Part shown: positions 14,777 through 25,900 of the stretch, piece by piece
Layout: each line of letters starts with the position of its first letter
How positions within the stretch are numbered: the first letter of the stretch is position 1
Assembly: GCF_003010495.1 (NCBI RefSeq)
Contig: NZ_CP027570.1
Span: 1,770,001-1,802,000, forward strand
Source: Megasphaera elsdenii DSM 20460
Lineage (GTDB): Bacteria; Bacillota; Negativicutes; Veillonellales; Megasphaeraceae
Direction: 5' to 3'
DNA length: 32,000 nt
Notes under the pieces: generated by a model
Databases searched by the model: none
Told to the model about the DNA's origin: nothing
What the model saw: only the letters and a program-made list of their open reading frames with translations
Position numbers and translations under genes: made by a program

Positions 14777-17700
14777 ATGCAATTATTGAAAATGGAACTG
14801 CGGGGATTCAAGTCCTTTGCAGATAAGACGACGCTGACCTTTGACAAGGGCATTACGGCCATTGTCGGGCCCAATGGCAGCGGCAAGAGCAATATTTCTG
14901 ACGCCGTCCGCTGGGTCATGGGCGAACAGAATGTCCGTCAGCTGCGGGGGCAGAAGTCGGAAGACATCATCTTTGCCGGGACCCAGACCCGCCGGCCCCA
15001 GGGGGCAGCCGAAGTTTCACTGTACTTCGACAACAGCGACCACGCCCTGGATACGGAGTTCACTGAAGTCGTCGTCACGCGGCGCCTGTTCCGGTCCGGC
15101 GACAGTGAATACTATATCAACCGCCGGCCGTGCCGCCTGAAAGACATCCACATCCTCTTTGCCGATACGGGTATCGGCCAGGATTCCATGGCTGTCATCG
15201 GTCAGAACCGCGTCGACCGCATCCTCAACAGCAAACCGGAAGAACGGCGGGTCATCTTTGAAGAAGTGGCCGGTATCAGCCGCTTCAAAGGGCGCAAAGC
15301 CGACGGCCTGCGCAAGATCGCCGAGACCGAACGCAACTTGGAACGCATCCGCGACCTCATGAGCGTCCTCGAAGAACGGCTGGAACCGTTACAGGAACAG
15401 GCAGAAACGCTGCAGAAATTCCGCTGCCTCGACAGCGAACGCCTGGCTTATGAAGGGACCGTGACCTTGCAGGAACTGCGCAACAGCGAACGCCTCCTGG
15501 CCAAGGCCGAGAACGGCCGCATGACGGCCGAAGCCGAAGAACAGAAAGCAGCCCGGGAATTGGCCGCTGCCGAAGGCAAGCGCAAGGCCTTATTGGACGC
15601 CATGGCTGCCGATGACGAAAAACTGCGCCATCTCGATGAACAGGCCATGGTCGTTCACAATGAACTGGACAGCCTCGTCCACCGTCGCGAAGCCTGCCGT
15701 CAGCGGCAGGCCGAACTCGCCGAGAACGAAGCCCAGGCAGGAGCTGATGCAGAACAACTGCAGCAGCGCCAGAATGCCTGGCAGGAACAGAAAGAGGCCT
15801 TGCGGGCGCAGAAAGCGCAGAAAGCAGCTGAACTGGAAGCGGCCCGACAGGCCCTGGCCCTGACCCAGACCTTGTTCGGCCAGGCCGAAGCCAAGGCTGA
15901 AGCGGCGGCCAAGGCCCTGCAGGAACGGGTCGATGCCAATTCCAAGCGCAGCCGTGACGCTTTCATGCTGCGCCGGGACAGCGAAGACCTGCGCCGCCGG
16001 CTGGAAGAGAATGACGCCGCCTGCCAGCAGGCCCTGCAGCAGTGGGAAGAAAAGAAGAAAGCCCTGAAAGAGGCCGAAGCGCGGCATCAGGAAGCCGGGA
16101 TACAGCAGAAAGACTGGCAGGAAAAGGCTGCTGCCTTTGAAGAGCAGGCCCTTTCCCTGCGGCACGACGCCCGTGCAAAAGGCCAGCGCCTAAAACAAGG
16201 GGAAGAAGAATACCGCCGCCTGCGCGGCGATATCGACGCAGCCGCCCAGCGCATGCGCGTCCTCCAGAGTATGGAACAGGAACACGAAGGCCTGGGGCGG
16301 GCTGTCAAAGTGGTCCTGACGGCCAGTCAGCCCTGGCGCAGCCGTTTGTGCGGTGCCGTCGGCGAACTCTGCCAGATCCCGTCGAAATTCGCCGTCGCCA
16401 TCGACGTCGCCTTAGGCGGTGCCGTCCGCTACGTCGTCGCTGAAGATGAAAGGGCTGCCAAACAGGCTATTTCTTATTTAAAAGAAAAGAAAGCCGGCCG
16501 GACGACCTTCTTACCGCTCGATACGCTGCGCAGCCGGTCGCGGACGGCCGATGAAGAACGGGCTGCTGGCGAGCCGGGGATGCTCGGTTTCGCGTCAGAC
16601 GTCATTTCTTATGAGCCGAAATATGAGAAAGTCTTTTCGTCGCTCTTAGGGAAGACCCTCCTGGCCGACACCATGGATACGGGCTCGGCTGTAGCCCGGA
16701 AATACGGTCATCGCCTGCGCATCGTCTGCCTCGATGGCACCCAGTTCAACGCCGGCGGTTCCCTGACTGGCGGCAGCACCCGCAATCAGGAAGGATCCCT
16801 CATCAGCCGGCGGGCCCTGCTGCAGGAGTTGCAGGAAACGTGCCGCTGCGGCCAGCAGCGCCTGGAAGCCTTGCTGGCCGAAGGCAAAGACCTGCGCCAA
16901 CAGGCCGAAGGGGCTGAACGGGACCTGGCCCAGGCCGAAGAAGGGCTGCGCCAGGCCCGGCAGGCTGCGGACCAGGCCCGCTGGCAGGCCGGCCAGGAAG
17001 AGAAGGCCCTGGCTGACATCCGTCAGACCCTGGCTGCTTTCGACGAGCGCGTGGAAAAACTGGAAAAGGACCGGGCCGATATGCAGGCCCGGCTGGTTGA
17101 GAAAGAAGCGGCGCTGTCGGCGATGGAAACGGGGCCGGCCGCCGACGTCCAGCAATGGCAGGACGCCTGTGACGCCGCCAGGACCGAAGCGGCCCAGTGC
17201 CGTCAGACCTTGACGGAGCGGCAGATTGCCGTTGCCAAGCTGACCGAACAGGTCCGTCACGGCGATGACCAGCTGCGCCAGCATGATACGTGGCAGCAGG
17301 AATTGACGGCCCAGGAACAAGCCCTGTCCCAGCGCCGCCAGGACCTGGTACGCCGCCAGGAAGAAGCGGCCCGCCTGTTGACAGAACTGTCGAAAAATAT
17401 TACCGTGAAAGAAGCCGATACGGTCCGCTGTGACCAGGCCAAAGAGGCTTTTTACCGGACCCGCAACGAGTCCCTGAAAAAAAGCCAGGCCCTGGACGGT
17501 GTCGTCGCCGACCTTCGCCGGCGCCATCAGGAGTGGCAGCAGCGCTGCCATGCGGCTGAAGTCCAGCTGGAAAAGTATAAAGGCGATATCAGCCATCACG
17601 AAGAACGGCTGGCCATGCAGGGTCTGAGCCGCCAGGAAGCTATGGAACGGCGCCGTCAGGGCTCGTTGAAAGAGCTTCATGACAAGGTCGCTTCCTTGAA

Positions 17701-18331
17701 GGCTCAGATTACGGCGCTAGGGACCATCAACCCGGCTGCCGAAGACGAATACAAGACGGCTTTGGAAAAACGGGACTTTTACGTCCGCCAGTGCGACGAT
17801 TTGAAGGAATCGCGGGAAAGATTGCGGACTGTCGTCGCTGAAATCGACGCGGCCATGGCCGAACAATTCGCCAAGGCCTTCAAAGAAATCGGCGTCCATT
17901 TCCAGGATATCTTCAGCCGCCTCTTCGGCGGCGGCACGGCCCACCTGGCCTTGACCGACAAGGAACACATCTTGGAAGCCGGCGTGGAAATCTACATCCG
18001 CCCGCCAGGAAAGAAACAGCAGTCCCTGACGCTCCTTTCCGGCGGCGAACGGGCCCTGACGGTCATCGCTTTGCTCCTGGCCTTTTTGGCCTATCATCCG
18101 GCACCGTTCTGCCTGGTCGACGAAGTCGATGCGGCTCTGGACGAAGCCAATGTCGAGCGCATGGCCCGATACCTCAAGAATTACAGCGGAGCGACGCAGT
18201 TCATCGTCATCACTCACCGCCGCAAGACCATGGAAGCGGCCAATACCTTGTTGGGTGTAACGATGGAAGAAAAAGGCGTATCGCGCCTGCTGACTGTCAA
18301 AGTAGATGAATTGTTAAAGGAAGGAACATAA
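14777..18331 (+). CDS. smc: Chromosome partition protein Smc
   Basis: 1184 aa. It has an N-terminal Walker A (GPNGSGKSN), a long Q/A/E/R-rich coiled coil with a central hinge, a C-terminal signature LSGGERAL and a Walker [13 protein letters not shown]. Confidence 0.97.
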   Translation: MQLLKMELRGFKSFADKTTLTFDKGITAIVGPNGSGKSNISDAVRWVMGEQNVRQLRGQKSEDIIFAGTQTRRPQGAAEVSLYFDNSDHALDTEFTEVVVTRRLFRSGDSEYYINRRPCRLKDIHILFADTGIGQDSMAVIGQNRVDRILNSKPEERRVIFEEVAGISRFKGRKADGLRKIAETERNLERIRDLMSVLEERLEPLQEQAETLQKFRCLDSERLAYEGTVTLQELRNSERLLAKAENGRMTAEAEEQKAARELAAAEGKRKALLDAMAADDEKLRHLDEQAMVVHNELDSLVHRREACRQRQAELAENEAQAGADAEQLQQRQNAWQEQKEALRAQKAQKAAELEAARQALALTQTLFGQAEAKAEAAAKALQERVDANSKRSRDAFMLRRDSEDLRRRLEENDAACQQALQQWEEKKKALKEAEARHQEAGIQQKDWQEKAAAFEEQALSLRHDARAKGQRLKQGEEEYRRLRGDIDAAAQRMRVLQSMEQEHEGLGRAVKVVLTASQPWRSRLCGAVGELCQIPSKFAVAIDVALGGAVRYVVAEDERAAKQAISYLKEKKAGRTTFLPLDTLRSRSRTADEERAAGEPGMLGFASDVISYEPKYEKVFSSLLGKTLLADTMDTGSAVARKYGHRLRIVCLDGTQFNAGGSLTGGSTRNQEGSLISRRALLQELQETCRCGQQRLEALLAEGKDLRQQAEGAERDLAQAEEGLRQARQAADQARWQAGQEEKALADIRQTLAAFDERVEKLEKDRADMQARLVEKEAALSAMETGPAADVQQWQDACDAARTEAAQCRQTLTERQIAVAKLTEQVRHGDDQLRQHDTWQQELTAQEQALSQRRQDLVRRQEEAARLLTELSKNITVKEADTVRCDQAKEAFYRTRNESLKKSQALDGVVADLRRRHQEWQQRCHAAEVQLEKYKGDISHHEERLAMQGLSRQEAMERRRQGSLKELHDKVASLKAQITALGTINPAAEDEYKTALEKRDFYVRQCDDLKESRERLRTVVAEIDAAMAEQFAKAFKEIGVHFQDIFSRLFGGGTAHLALTDKEHILEAGVEIYIRPPGKKQQSLTLLSGGERALTVIALLLAFLAYHPAPFCLVDEVDAALDEANVERMARYLKNYSGATQFIVITHRRKTMEAANTLLGVTMEEKGVSRLLTVKVDELLKEGT

Positions 18332-18333
18332 CT

Positions 18334-19278
18334 ATGGGATTTTTTTCAAAACTTCGAAAAGGCTTAGAAAAGACGAAACACTCGCTCATCCAGAATATCG
18401 AAACCGTCGTCCGCGGCTATGCCAAAATAGACGACGACATGTACGATGACCTGGAAGCGGTCATGCTCACCGGCGACATCGGCGTAGAAACGACGGAATA
18501 CCTCCTGGACCAGATCCGGACCGGCGTCAAATCGAAGGAAATCAAAGACGGCAACGACGTCGTACCGTATTTGGAAAAGTGCATCGTCGCCTTGCTCAAT
18601 GAAAATGATGAACCCCTCCCGGAAACGGAAGGGCCGCGGGTCATCTTCATCGTCGGCGTCAATGGTGTCGGTAAGACGACGACTATCGGCAAACTGGCCA
18701 AGTATTACAAACAGCAGGGGAAATCGGTCATGCTCGCCGCCGGCGATACCTTCCGTGCCGCTGCCTCAGAACAGCTGACCATCTGGGCTGACCGCGTCGG
18801 CGTACCCATCGTCAAGCACCAGGAAGGGGCGGACGCAGCGGCTGTCGTCTTCGATGCGACGGCGTCGGCCAAGGCCAAGGGCATGGATATCCTCCTTGTC
18901 GATACGGCCGGCCGCCTGCAGACCAAGTCCAACCTCATGGAAGAATTGCGGAAAATGGCCCGCGTCGCCGGCCGCAACATCGAAGGGGCGCCGCAGGAAA
19001 CGCTTCTCGTCCTCGATGCCACGACGGGGCAGAACGCTGTCAGCCAGGCCAAGCTCTTCGGCGACGTCGTTCCCTTGACGGGCGTCGTCCTGACCAAGCT
19101 CGACGGAACAGCCAAAGGCGGCGTCATCTTGTCGGTGAAACGGGAATTAGGCGTCCCTGTCCGCTGGGTCGGCGTCGGCGAAGGCGTCGACGACCTGCGC
19201 CCCTTCGATGCAGCTCAGTTCGCCGATGCTCTGTTCGATAAAAACGTCGCCGCCCGCGAAGCCAGCGACGAAGATTAG
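18334..19278 (+). CDS. ftsY: Signal recognition particle receptor FtsY
   Basis: SRP GTPase motifs are GVNGVGKTTTIGKLA, DTAGR and TKLDGTAKGG. The gene starts 2 nt after the smc stop. Confidence 0.96.
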   Translation: MGFFSKLRKGLEKTKHSLIQNIETVVRGYAKIDDDMYDDLEAVMLTGDIGVETTEYLLDQIRTGVKSKEIKDGNDVVPYLEKCIVALLNENDEPLPETEGPRVIFIVGVNGVGKTTTIGKLAKYYKQQGKSVMLAAGDTFRAAASEQLTIWADRVGVPIVKHQEGADAAAVVFDATASAKAKGMDILLVDTAGRLQTKSNLMEELRKMARVAGRNIEGAPQETLLVLDATTGQNAVSQAKLFGDVVPLTGVVLTKLDGTAKGGVILSVKRELGVPVRWVGVGEGVDDLRPFDAAQFADALFDKNVAAREASDED

Positions 19279-19289
19279 GAGGAATCCTC

Positions 19290-19754
19290 ATGTTCGTAGG
19301 TAATATTTCCCAATATGACAAGGAAAGCCGTTTCCTGCCGGAATATATCCGGCCGTGGATCGAAAAACTGGTCTCCCTGGCCAAGTCGGACTTGCAGCCC
19401 GGGCGCCACACCTTCGATACGGTGAACTACATGAACGTCGACGTCACGGAAACGGCACCGGCCGGCCAGCGCCTGATGGAAGCCCATCGCGATTACATCG
19501 ATATCCAGTATGTCCTGGATGGCGAAGAAACTATTGGCTGGCAGCCTTTATGCCAGGCCGGGCCCGTCGTCGACGACAGCCGGGCCGATAGCGATGCCTG
19601 GTTCTACAATCCCGATGTCGCAGCCGATACCGTCATTGCCATGACGCCCGGGACCTATGCCGTCTTTACGCCGGCTGACGGCCATCGCTGCCTCTGTGCG
19701 CCCGATGGGCAGGGGAAGGCCATCAAAAAAGCCATCCTCAAGATCCACGTCTGA
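19290..19754 (+). CDS. YhcH/YjgK/YiaL family protein (DUF386, EbgC/TabA-like)
   Basis: 154 aa. The EAHRDYIDIQYVLDGEE and PGTYAVFTPADGH segments resemble the family pattern, as I recall the E. coli YhcH sequence. The AGGAGG RBS overlaps the ftsY stop. Confidence 0.75.
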   Translation: MFVGNISQYDKESRFLPEYIRPWIEKLVSLAKSDLQPGRHTFDTVNYMNVDVTETAPAGQRLMEAHRDYIDIQYVLDGEETIGWQPLCQAGPVVDDSRADSDAWFYNPDVAADTVIAMTPGTYAVFTPADGHRCLCAPDGQGKAIKKAILKIHV

Positions 19755-19768
19755 AAGGGGGCCTGACG

Positions 19769-20581
19769 ATGGAACTCATCCCGGCTGTGGCCCAGGCCCT
19801 TCAGGAACTGCGCCGCCAGCGGCCCCTCATCCACCACATCACTAATTTCGTCACCATGACCGACTGCGCCAATGCGACCTTGGCCATCGGCGCCTCGCCG
19901 ACCATGACCAATGCCGTCGAGGAAGTAGCTGAAATGGCGGCCGCCGCCAAGGCCCTGGTCCTCAATCTGGGAACGCTCCAGCAATGGACGCTGGAAGCCA
20001 TGGTGGCAGCTGGCAGGTCCGCTGCGGCTCACGGTGTTCCCATCGTCTTCGACCCCGTCGGCGCCGGCGGCACGACTTTCCGGACCCAGGCTGCGCAGCG
20101 CCTGCTGGACGAACTGCCCCTGGCCGTCATCCGCGGCAATGCTTCGGAAATCACCTGTCTGGCCGCCCATAAGAGCGGTCAGGATTTCGGCGTCGACAGC
20201 CGCATCGGAGCGGCTGACCCGGACCTGGCAGCATCTCTGGCAAGGCATTTGGGGACGACCGTCGCCATTACCGGTGCCGTCGATGTCATTGCCGACGGGC
20301 AGCGGACGGCAGAAGTCCACAACGGCTGCCCCATGTTGACCTATGTCACCGGTACGGGCTGTATGACGACGTCCCTCATCGCGTCCTTTGCGGCCGTGAC
20401 CGATCCCTTCACGGCGGCCGCTGCCGGCGTCCTGGCCATGGGAATCGGCGGCGAGCTGGCTCTGGAACGGGGCGGCCAGGCTGGACCTGGGACCTTCCAC
20501 GCCCGTCTCTTTGATACGTTTTATGCCTTAAATGATACGCTGTTGCAACAGTATGGAAAGGTTTTGATCAATCGTGAATAA
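19769..20581 (+). CDS. thiM: Hydroxyethylthiazole kinase
   Basis: 270 aa. It has the characteristic PLIHHITNFVTMTDCANATLAIGASPTM N-terminal region and the TGTGCM motif. Confidence 0.92.
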   Translation: MELIPAVAQALQELRRQRPLIHHITNFVTMTDCANATLAIGASPTMTNAVEEVAEMAAAAKALVLNLGTLQQWTLEAMVAAGRSAAAHGVPIVFDPVGAGGTTFRTQAAQRLLDELPLAVIRGNASEITCLAAHKSGQDFGVDSRIGAADPDLAASLARHLGTTVAITGAVDVIADGQRTAEVHNGCPMLTYVTGTGCMTTSLIASFAAVTDPFTAAAAGVLAMGIGGELALERGGQAGPGTFHARLFDTFYALNDTLLQQYGKVLINRE

Positions 20582-21077
20582 TGGTGAACTCAAGAAAATG
20601 ACAGTTACGGCGATTTTCATCGCCATCGGCGTCCTCCTGGCGCCTTTCGTGTCCTTTCCCTTCGGAGGTGCCCGGGTCTTCCCGCTGCAGCACCTCATCA
20701 ACGTCCTCTTGTCGGTCCTCGTGGGCTGGCGCTATTCGACGGCCGGTGCTTTCTGTATTTCATCCATCCGCATCGCCATGGGCGTCGGTACCGTCCTGGC
20801 CTATCCCGGCAGCATGATTGGCGCCGCCTTGTCCGGCCTTTTGTATAAGAAGACAAATTCCATCTGGGGCGCCGTCGTCGGAGAAATCGTCGGGACCGGG
20901 ATCCTGGGCGGCCTCATCGCTTATCCCGTCGCCGCTTTCGTCCTCGATTCCAAAGTCGTCGCCCTGTGGTTCTTCGTCGTCGCCTTCCTGCCCAATACCT
21001 GCATCGGTGCAGCCTGCGGTGCCGTCTTGTACAAGATCCTGCCCATCCGGAAATTTGCCGAAGAATTGAAGAAGTAA
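20574..21077 (+). CDS. thiW: ECF-type S component ThiW (predicted thiazole precursor transporter)
   Basis: 167-aa polytopic membrane protein with GGARVFPLQHLINVLLSVLVG, a ThiW-like motif. It sits directly downstream of thiM. GTG 20574 overlaps the thiM end, and ATG 20598 is an alternative start. Confidence 0.8.
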   Translation: MNNGELKKMTVTAIFIAIGVLLAPFVSFPFGGARVFPLQHLINVLLSVLVGWRYSTAGAFCISSIRIAMGVGTVLAYPGSMIGAALSGLLYKKTNSIWGAVVGEIVGTGILGGLIAYPVAAFVLDSKVVALWFFVVAFLPNTCIGAACGAVLYKILPIRKFAEELKK

Positions 21078-21105
21078 CAAAGAAATAATAATATCGACTT
21101 GTTTA

Positions 21106-21161
21106 TTGACTTATAAGGTGCTGTATATTAAACTATAAATTGGTACTGAGTTTTGTAGTTT
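21106..21161 (+). promoter_or_regulatory. Candidate tetR/efflux promoter with an inverted-repeat operator
   Basis: The -35 is TTGACT (21106-21111), a 17-nt spacer follows, and the -10 is TAAACT (21129-21134). The inverted repeat is AAACTATAAA (21130-21139) / TTTGTAGTTT (21152-21161), with one mismatch, and it overlaps the -10 and the predicted transcription start. Confidence 0.35.
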
Positions 21162-21210
21162 GAGTTTCAATGACAGCACCTTGTATTTTTTTTAAGTAGG
21201 ACGTGTTTAC

Positions 21211-21801
21211 ATGACAGAAAATATCCGCGCCAAGATCCTGGCAGAAGCCCTTTGTGAAATCAACCGCCATGGTGCTGATTTCCACATGGACGATCTGGCC
21301 CGTAACCTGCGCATCAGCAAGCGGACCTTGTACGAACATTTTTCGTCGAAACAAGAAATCATAGAGCAGGCTATCTCTGATTTTACCAATAAGATCTATA
21401 CCTATCATCGGCGCATCGTCAGTGACAGCACCATGACTTGCGAAGCCAAGCTCATCGCTTATTTCGACGTGCCCAGTGACAACTGGCAGGTCCTGTCCGT
21501 ACGGAAAGCATCGGAACTTCTGACGAAAATGCCCGATGTCTGGAACCGCCTGCAGTCCCGCTACGAAAAAGACTGGCGCCTTTTGGAACAGCTCCTCGAT
21601 GAAGCTCAGGAGACAGGCGAATTTAAGCCTTTTGATAAGTTCCTGTTCTTGCGCCTTTTGCATAGCGCAGCCGACGACATTATCGATTATTTTAATGATG
21701 TCAATCACGATTCCTCTTTTAGTGACTATATGAAGCGCTGCATCAAGGTCTTGCTCTATGGCATTAAGAATCAGGAATCGAAAGAAATAGGAGGAAAGTG
21801 A
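21211..21801 (+). CDS. TetR/AcrR family transcriptional regulator
   Basis: 196 aa with an N-terminal HTH (MDDLARNLRISKRTLYEHFSSKQEI). It is the first gene of an efflux operon, and its stop overlaps the next ORF. Confidence 0.88.
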   Translation: MTENIRAKILAEALCEINRHGADFHMDDLARNLRISKRTLYEHFSSKQEIIEQAISDFTNKIYTYHRRIVSDSTMTCEAKLIAYFDVPSDNWQVLSVRKASELLTKMPDVWNRLQSRYEKDWRLLEQLLDEAQETGEFKPFDKFLFLRLLHSAADDIIDYFNDVNHDSSFSDYMKRCIKVLLYGIKNQESKEIGGK

Positions 21802-21803
21802 AG

Positions 21804-22976
21804 ATGATACAAAAACGCAAATTTGCGACGATGAGCGTCACCGTTCTCACCATTGCCGCGCTCCTGGCCGGCTGTGGTGCCCAACAGAGTGCGACCAAGG
21901 CCCCTGTTGCCGTCAACACGTATAAAGTCGTCGCCGCAGACACGCCGGTCAAGGCCGAGTACAGCGGTACCGTCACGGCGACGGACAAAGTGCCCGTCCG
22001 GCCTAAGATTTCCGGCCGCGTCGTGGAGAAATACGTCCAGGGCGGTCAGGAAGTCACGGAAGGCCAGCCTTTGTTCCGCCTCGACAGCCGGACTTATGAC
22101 GCTGCCCTGGCCCAGGCCAAAGCGACCCAGGCCCAGTCCGAAGCCAACCTGGCCAATCAGCAGCTGAACCTGCGCCGTTACCAGACCCTGGCCAGCCAGG
22201 ATGCCATCCCGCAGCAGACCGTTACCGACCAGGAAGCGGCTACGCAGCAGCAGCAGGCCGTCGTCGCAGCCAATGCGGCCCAGGTCGATGCCGCTCAGGA
22301 TAACGTCGACGATACCATCGTCTATGCGCCGTTCAGCGGCAAACTGAACGTCGACGACGTCCCCGTCGGCACCTTTGCCACAGCCGGTTCGACGGCCTTG
22401 GTCACCATTTCTTCGACGAACCCGGTCTACGTAGAGTTTTCCATCAGTGAATCGGAATACCTGCAGATGACCAAACAGGCCGCTGATAGTACCGGCAGCA
22501 GCTGGGGCGACCATCTCCTGCTCCGTCTGAGCGATGGTTCCACCTATCCCTATGAAGGCCATGTCACCCAGGTCAACCACGGCATGGACGGCAACTCCGG
22601 TTCTATCGTCGTCAAGGCTGTCTTCGACAACCCGGACAATCTCCTCATCCCGGGTCTCTATGCGACGGTCATCTCGGATACACAGATTCAGCGCAATGCC
22701 TTGTCCGTACCGCAGCGCGCCGTCCAGCAGACGCTGGGGAAATATTACGTCTCCGTCATCGACGGCAATGGCGAAGCCCAGAACCGCGAAGTCACGCCGG
22801 GCCAGAAAGTCGGCAAGTTCTGGATCATCAACGATGGTCTCCAGGACGGCGATACGATCATCGTCGACGGCTATCAGAAGGCCAAAGGCGCTTCCCTGGA
22901 CCAGCACTTGCTGACCAAGGAAGACATCGATAACGACAGTTCCGATACGTCGTCGGACTCGTCGGCCAATCAGTAG
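21804..22976 (+). CDS. RND efflux periplasmic adaptor (membrane fusion protein), lipoprotein
   Basis: The lipobox is LLAGC. AcrA-like coiled-coil and lipoyl regions are present (QPLFRLDSRTYDAALAQAKA..., YAPFSGKL). ATG 21804 lies 9 nt after AGGAGG (21789-21794). GTG 21798 is the alternative start. Confidence 0.9.
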   Translation: MIQKRKFATMSVTVLTIAALLAGCGAQQSATKAPVAVNTYKVVAADTPVKAEYSGTVTATDKVPVRPKISGRVVEKYVQGGQEVTEGQPLFRLDSRTYDAALAQAKATQAQSEANLANQQLNLRRYQTLASQDAIPQQTVTDQEAATQQQQAVVAANAAQVDAAQDNVDDTIVYAPFSGKLNVDDVPVGTFATAGSTALVTISSTNPVYVEFSISESEYLQMTKQAADSTGSSWGDHLLLRLSDGSTYPYEGHVTQVNHGMDGNSGSIVVKAVFDNPDNLLIPGLYATVISDTQIQRNALSVPQRAVQQTLGKYYVSVIDGNGEAQNREVTPGQKVGKFWIINDGLQDGDTIIVDGYQKAKGASLDQHLLTKEDIDNDSSDTSSDSSANQ

Positions 22977-22988
22977 GGAGGCGAGACC

Positions 22989-25900
22989 GTGATATCTAAG
23001 TTCTTTATCGACCGGCCTATTTTCGCCATCGTCATTTCCCTGCTGATTTCCATTTTCGGCTTGTTGGCGATTGCGACCCTGCCAGTCGCCAAGTATCCGC
23101 AGGTCACGCCGCCGCAGGTCCGCGTTTCGGCTACTTATATCGGCGCCAACGCCGAAGTCGTCGGCACGACCGTAGCCAGTGTCATCGAACGCCAGCTCGT
23201 CGGCGTCGATAACCTGGTCAATATGGAAAGTTCGACGAACGATAACGGGTCTTATTCCATGACGGTCCAGTTCAAGTCCGGCAGTGATGGCGATATGGAT
23301 ACGGTCAACACCCAGAACCGCGTCAGCCAGGTCCAGTCGACGCTGCCGTCGGAAGTCACTCAGACCGGCGTCACTGTCCAGAAATCGACGAGTTCCATGG
23401 CCATGGTCTTCGCCCTCGTGTCGCCCAATGGTTCTTACGATGCGACGTTCATGAAGAACTATGCCACGCAGTACTTCATGGATGAATTGAAATCCGTCCC
23501 GGGCATCGGCGATGTCCAGGAATTTGGGTCCGACTACGCCATGCGTATCTGGCTCAACCCGATGAAGATGAGTATCTTGAAGATTACGCCGACCGACGTC
23601 ATCTCGGCCATCAGCGCCCAGAACAAACAGGCCGCTGTCGGCACCATCGGTTCCCAGCCGTCGCCCAATAACCAGACCTATCAGTACACCATGCGTACAG
23701 ACGGTCGTCTGCAGACGGCAGAACAGTTCAAGAACGTCATCATCCGCACCAATCCCGACGGCACCATGGTCCGCGTCGGCGATATTGCTGACGTCAGCCT
23801 GGGCTCTAAGGATTATTCCGTTACCAGTGATCTGGGCGGCGGCAAGGCAGCCGGCTTCATGATCAGCCTGACGGCCGATGCCAACGCCATGCAGTCCGTC
23901 AGCGGTGCCCGTAAAGTCCTGGAAAAAGCAAAGGCTTCTTTCCCGTCTGATTTAGATTATAAAGTTGTCTACGATAGCACGACCTTCGTTACGGCGTCGA
24001 TCCACGAAGTTATTGAAACCTTCATCGAAGCCCTGCTGCTGGTCGCCCTCATCGTTTACCTCTTCCTTCAGAGTGGCCGGTCGACGCTGATTCCGCTCAT
24101 CGCCGTCCCGGTATCCCTGCTGGGTACCTTTGCCTGCTTCAAGGTCCTCGATTTCTCCATCAACACCTTGACCCTGTTCGCTATGGTACTGGCCATCGGC
24201 CTCCTCGTCGACGATGCCATCGTCGTCATCGAAGCCGTCGAATATGAAATCAAGTATAACGCCCGAAGTCCGCGGGAGGCGACGATCATTGCCATGCAGA
24301 ACGTACAGAACCCGGTTATCGGTGTCGCCTGCGTTCTGGCCGCCGTCTTCGTTCCTGTCGGCTTCATCAGCGGCATGAGTGGTATCCTCTACCGCCAGTT
24401 CGCCCTGACCATTGCCGTGTCGGTCCTCATTTCGGCCTTCGTCGCCCTGACCCTGACACCGGCCATGTGTGCGTCTATTTTGAATGTTCACAAACCCAAT
24501 GACAATCCCAAGGGCATTTACAAGTTCTTCCAGAAATTCAATGATGCCTTCGACAGACTCATCGCCTGGTATGGCCTGCGCCTGGCTCACTTGCAGCTCC
24601 ACCTTAAATGGTGCGTGGCCTTCCTGGTCATCATCAGCGCCCTTACGGCAGGCGTCTTCAAAGTCATGCCGACGGGCTTCGTCCCGTCAGAAGATAACGC
24701 CTTCGTCATGATGAACGTCACCTTGCCTGAAGGCATTTCCCAGACGGAAACGAAACAAGTCAGCGAAAAGATTAGTAATTGGCTGGAACAGCAGCCCGGC
24801 GTAACCAATGTCATGAACGTCGTCGGCTTCAGTATCCTGGCCAATGGGCCGAAATCGAACGGGTCTACGTCCTTCATCGGCATGAGCGACTGGGATCAGC
24901 GTAAAGATAAATCCCTGTCCGTCGATGCCCTGGTCGGCAAGATCATGGCCATGGGCAATCAGATTCCCCAGGCTACGGTCATCGCCATGAACCCGCCGCC
25001 TATCGACGGCATGGGCACGTCGTCGGGCTTTACGATGCAGCTGGAAAACCGCGGCAGCCATACGACGGCAGAACTGTCGGCGACGGCTCAGAAATTCATC
25101 GCCGCTGCTCGCAAACGTCCGGAAATCGGTTCGGTCTACACGGCCTTCGCTGCCGATACGCCGGGCTATCAGCTCGACATCGACCGCGATAAAGTCGCCA
25201 AAGAAGGCGTTTCCCTGAGCGACCTCTATTCGACGCTCCAGTCCTTCTACGGTTCCTATCAGGTCAACGACTTCACCATGTTCGGCCGTAACTTCAAGGT
25301 CGTCGTCCAGGCCGCTCCGGAATTTCGTGAAACCATCGATGCCAATAACCACATCTACGTCCGCAACAGCGCCAACCAGCTCGTGCCGGTGGCCAACTTC
25401 GTCCGGCCGAAAGCTATCGGTTCGGCGTCGATCCTCAACCGTTTCAACGACTATCCGGCCATCAAGATCCAAGGGGCTCCGGCCAATGGCTATAGCTCCG
25501 GTGATGCTCTGAAAGCCCTGGAAGAAGTCGCCAAGGACACCCTCGGTGAAGGCTATGCCTACGAATGGAGTGGCATGAGCCGTGAAGAAATCGAAGCCGG
25601 TAACAAGACGGTTTACGTCTTTGCCCTGGCTATCCTCTTCGTCTTCCTCGTCCTGGCTGCCCTCTATGAAAGCTGGAAAGTACCATTTGCCGTCATGTTC
25701 AGCCTGCCGGCAGGCGTCTTCGGGGCTTCGGTCTTTGCCTATCTCATGAACCAGCAGAATAACCTGTACTTCCAGATCGGTCTGCTGGCCGTCATCGGCC
25801 TGGCCGCCAAGAATGCCATCCTGATCATCGAATACGCCAAAGTCCGTGTCGATGAACGCGGCATGGATCCCGTATCGGCTGCAATCGAAGCGGCCAAGAT

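Noticed and set aside
15590-17680. Antisense ORFs (15590-16165 and 16646-17680) and several +2/+3-frame ORFs lie inside the smc coiled-coil region.
   Set aside because: The repetitive CAG/GAA/GCC/CGC codon usage of the Q/E/A/R-rich coiled coil leaves the other frames open. The products are low-complexity (R/A/P/G/L-rich). The 16646-17680 ORF is codon-aligned with smc.
19279-19768. A TPP riboswitch upstream of thiM.
   Set aside because: The intergenic gaps are 11 and 14 nt. I found no THI-box-like CTGAGA...ACCTGATCTGGATAATGCCAGCG pattern by eye. This absence is reported as a finding, not as a feature.
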